64,000 bases of DNA, taken from contig NC_073399.1 of NCBI RefSeq assembly GCF_028641065.1, forward strand, positions 30,256,001-30,320,000, written 5' to 3'. Both the position numbers and the translations under genes were made by a program. Shown in pieces: positions 61,001 through 64,000 of this stretch. Positions within the stretch are counted from its first letter, which is position 1. Each line of letters begins with the position of its first letter. The stretch comes from Leucoraja erinacea. Lineage: Eukaryota. The notes under the pieces are model-generated. The model was given only the letters and a program-made list of their open reading frames with translations, was not told the DNA's origin and did no database searches.

Positions 61001-61640
61001 AGACCTCTATCAAGTCCCCCCTTAACATTCTGCGCTCCAAAGAATAAAGACCTAACTTGTTCAACTTTTCTCTGTAACTTAGTTGCTGAAACCCAGGCAA
61101 CTTCTCTTGTCAGCCACGGTCGCCTCCAACGCCCCTTAGAATCTTTCTTCCTTTTTGGAATGAAATGATCCTGCGTCTTCCGGATGATTCCCAGAAATTC
61201 CTGCCATTGCTGTTCCACCGTCATTCCTGCTGGGATCCCTTTCCAGTCTACCTTGGCCAGCTCCTCACTCATGCCTTCATAGTCCCCTTTGTTCAACTGC
61301 ATCACTGGCACTTCTGATTTAACCTTCTCCTTCTCAAATTACTGATTAATACTAATTATATCATGGTCACTACCTCCAAGCGGTTCCTTTACCTCGAGTT
61401 TTTTTTTTTTACCAAATCTGGTTCATTAGACAACACTAAACCCCGAATTGCCTTTTCTCTGGTCGGCTCCATTACAAGCTGCTCCAAGAATCCATCTCGG
61501 AGGCACTCTACAAACTCTCTTTCTTGGGGTCCTGAACCAACCTGATTTTCCCAGTCTACCTGCATATTGAAATCCCCCACCACAGTGGCATTACCTTTGT
61601 TACATGCCAGTTTTAACTCCTGCTGCAACTTACACCCTAC
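58005..61640 (-). mobile_element. Long CR1/HER1 LINE (APE-RT-tail) with nested insertions
   Basis: VVGDFN, NYRPVSLT, LDFQKAFD, KFADD, RPQLEYC motifs in order; interrupted at ~58280-58690 and ~60312-61097. Confidence 0.93.
60417..60772 (+). mobile_element. Tc1 3' end nested in a CR1 fragment nested in CR1
   Basis: [45 protein letters not shown]; right TIR ends gccactg|TA. Confidence 0.92.
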
Positions 61641-61642
61641 AT

Positions 61643-62695
61643 AACATGGGGAAAATCTGAACGTCTCGGATGTCTAAGGGTCTCAAACTGAGGTTCTTCC
61701 ATGCACCTGTAGAGACCATATTATTGTACGGGTGTGAGGCATGGACTCTCACTCGAGCACTGTCCAAGTCTCAATGGTACCTACACCCGAATGCTCAGTA
61801 AAATTCAAAATGTCAATTGGAGGGACCACATCCCCAATGACCAGCTCGTGGGGAGATTCCACCTCTGACCGAGAAGATCAGGTGGAGAAGGATGAGGCTC
61901 GCTGGTCACTGCCACCGCCCCCCAGAAATGTCAGCGAACAAGGTTGTGTTGTGGGAACCCTCCCATGGAAGACATGACCCGGGACGGCAACAATCAAGAC
62001 GATGCTGAAGACATTGATGGAAGACAATAGACAATAGGTGCAGGAGTAGGCCATTCGGCCCTTCGAGTCGGCACCGCCATTCAATGTGATCATGGCTGAT
62101 CATCCCCAATCAGTACCCCGTTCCTGGCTTCTTCCCACATCCCCTGACTCCGCTATCTTTAAGAGCCCTATCTAGCTCTCTCCTGGAAGTATCCAGAGAA
62201 CTGGCCTCCACCGCTCTCTGAGGCAGAGAATTTCAGACTCACAACTCTCTGTGAGAAAAAGTGTTTCCTCGTCTCCGTTCTAAAAATGGCTTACCCCTTA
62301 TTGTTAAACTATGGCCCTTGGCTCCGGACTCCCCCAACATCGGGAACATGTTTCCTGCCTCTAGCATGTCCAAACCGTTAATAATCTTATATGTTTCAAT
62401 AAGATCCCCTCACATCCTAAACTCCAGAGTATAAAAGCATAGTCGCTCCATTCTCTCAGCATATGACAGTTCTGCCATCCCGGGAATTAACCTTGTCAAC
62501 CTACGCTGCACTCCCTCAATAGCAACAAAGTCCTTCCTTAAATTTGGGGACCAATACGACCAAGACGTATGTGTTGAGACAAAAGAGGAGCTTGCCAGCT
62601 GCATGGAGGACAGAGATGAGTGGTGCGCCCCTCACCGTGCCCGCGGGAAACCAGCACCACTGCTTTGCTAAAGTTGTCAACGATGATGATGATGC
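61643..62695 (+). mobile_element. RTE/RTE-X LINE 3' part interrupted by CR1 (62022-62553, -)
   Basis: VETILLYGCEAWTL...RRMRLAGHCHR; (GAT)n tail at ~62682-62693. Confidence 0.8.
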
Positions 62696-63032
62696 CATGC
62701 ATCTGCCCACTCACCCAACCTGTCCCAGTCACCCTGCATCCTCATAGCATCCTCCTCACAGTTCACACTGCCACCCAGCTTTGTGTCATCTGCAAATTTG
62801 CTAATGTTGCTTTTAATCCCTTCATCTAAATCATTAATGTATATTGTAAATAGCTGCGGTCCCAGCACTGAGCCTTGCGGTACCCCACTAGTCACTGCCT
62901 GTCATTCTGAAAGGGACCCCTTAATCCCTGCTCTTTATTTACTGTCTGCCAACCAATTTTCTATCCATGTCAGTACCCTACCCCCAATACCATGTGCTCG
63001 AATTTTGCCCACTAATCTCCTATGTGGGACCT
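62695..63032 (-). mobile_element. CR1/HER1 RT fragment
   Basis: [21 protein letters not shown]...[10 protein letters not shown]. Confidence 0.9.
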
Positions 63033-64000
63033 TACAGCTCCAAGGACCAGAGTTTGATCGCCACCTTTAATGTTTCCTGCATGTAATTTGTACATTCTCA
63101 CTCATGGTTCTCTTTCTGGTGTTCTGGTTTCCTTCCACATTCCGGTAATGTGCAGGTTGGCAGGTGAATAGGCTATTGCCTCTGTTTATTATATGTTATC
63201 TATGAGTACTGTGTTTCCAGGCCTGTTATGCTGCTGCAAGTAAAAATTCCATTGTTCTGTTGTCGGTAAATATGACATTCAAACGCTCTTGACTCAGGAG
63301 TGGTAAAATCTGGGGGAGCGGGAGACGTGGATGAGAGTGTGGGAAAAATAGAGTGGGTTAGCACAGGTTTAGTGTAAAAATGCAAAAAGACACAAAGTGC
63401 TGGAGGAACAGGGCAGGCAGCATCTCTGGAGTACATGGATGAGATACATTGCAGGTCTCGACATGAAAAGTCACCGAGGCATGTTCTCCAGACGTGCTGA
63501 CGGACCTGCTGATTTGCATCAGCACTGTGTCCTTTTGTGTATTGACCAACATCTGCAGTACTTAGTGTAAAAATGAGTGCCTTGTGTTTGGTGTACACCC
63601 AGTGGACTGAAGGGCCTGTTTCCACGCTGTGTTTCTCTGTGATCCTATATTATACCATGCTTGGCATCGGGGATGCTTTCCAACAGTGGCACAGCTGGTA
63701 GAGTCACTGCCTCACAATTGCAGAGACCAAGGATCGATCCTGACCTTGGGCGCTCTCTATGTGGAGTTTAGATGTTCTCCCAGTGACTGCGTGGGTTTCC
63801 GCCCACATCACAAAGACATGCGGGTTTGTAGGTTAATTGGCCTCTGTAAATTGTAAGTGTGTAGGGTATCTAAGAAGGAGTGGGCGAGAAGGATGGAGAT
63901 TAAAAAATAGAATTAATGTAAAGGGTCAGCATGGATTTGATGGGCCGATTGGTTTATTTCTGTAGGATAGGAACAGGTACGTGGAAGGAAAGGTTTAGTG

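Overview
Vertebrate genomic DNA, most likely a cartilaginous fish (skate/ray-like), judged from HER1/CR1-type LINEs, HE1-type SINEs and Penelope-derived repeats. Five spliced genes were reconstructed by hand from GT-AG boundaries and protein recognition: JMJD6 (minus, first two coding exons, runs off the left end), METTL23 (plus, 5 exons, 231 aa), SRSF2 (minus, 2 coding exons, 213 aa, with the conserved 3'UTR autoregulatory intron), MFSD11 (plus, 13 exons, 451 aa) and STX8 (plus, first two coding exons, with exon 1 triplicated). JMJD6/METTL23 and SRSF2/MFSD11 each share a bidirectional promoter. The rest is largely nested transposable elements (CR1, L2-like, Rex1, RTE-X, Penelope, Hero, Tc1, ISL2EU-like, hAT, SINEs) plus one assembly gap. 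Strongest hunt signals: (1) a hammerhead-ribozyme core in a non-circularly permuted, pseudoknotted strand order in the 3' region of a Hero-like retroelement (28445-28509, minus); (2) Penelope minimal hammerheads, with a short insertion starting within 1 nt of the predicted cleavage site; (3) a CpG-undepleted 319-bp insert with an 11-bp duplication; (4) the triplicated STX8 start exon. All homology calls are from recall, not database searches; repeat boundaries are approximate.
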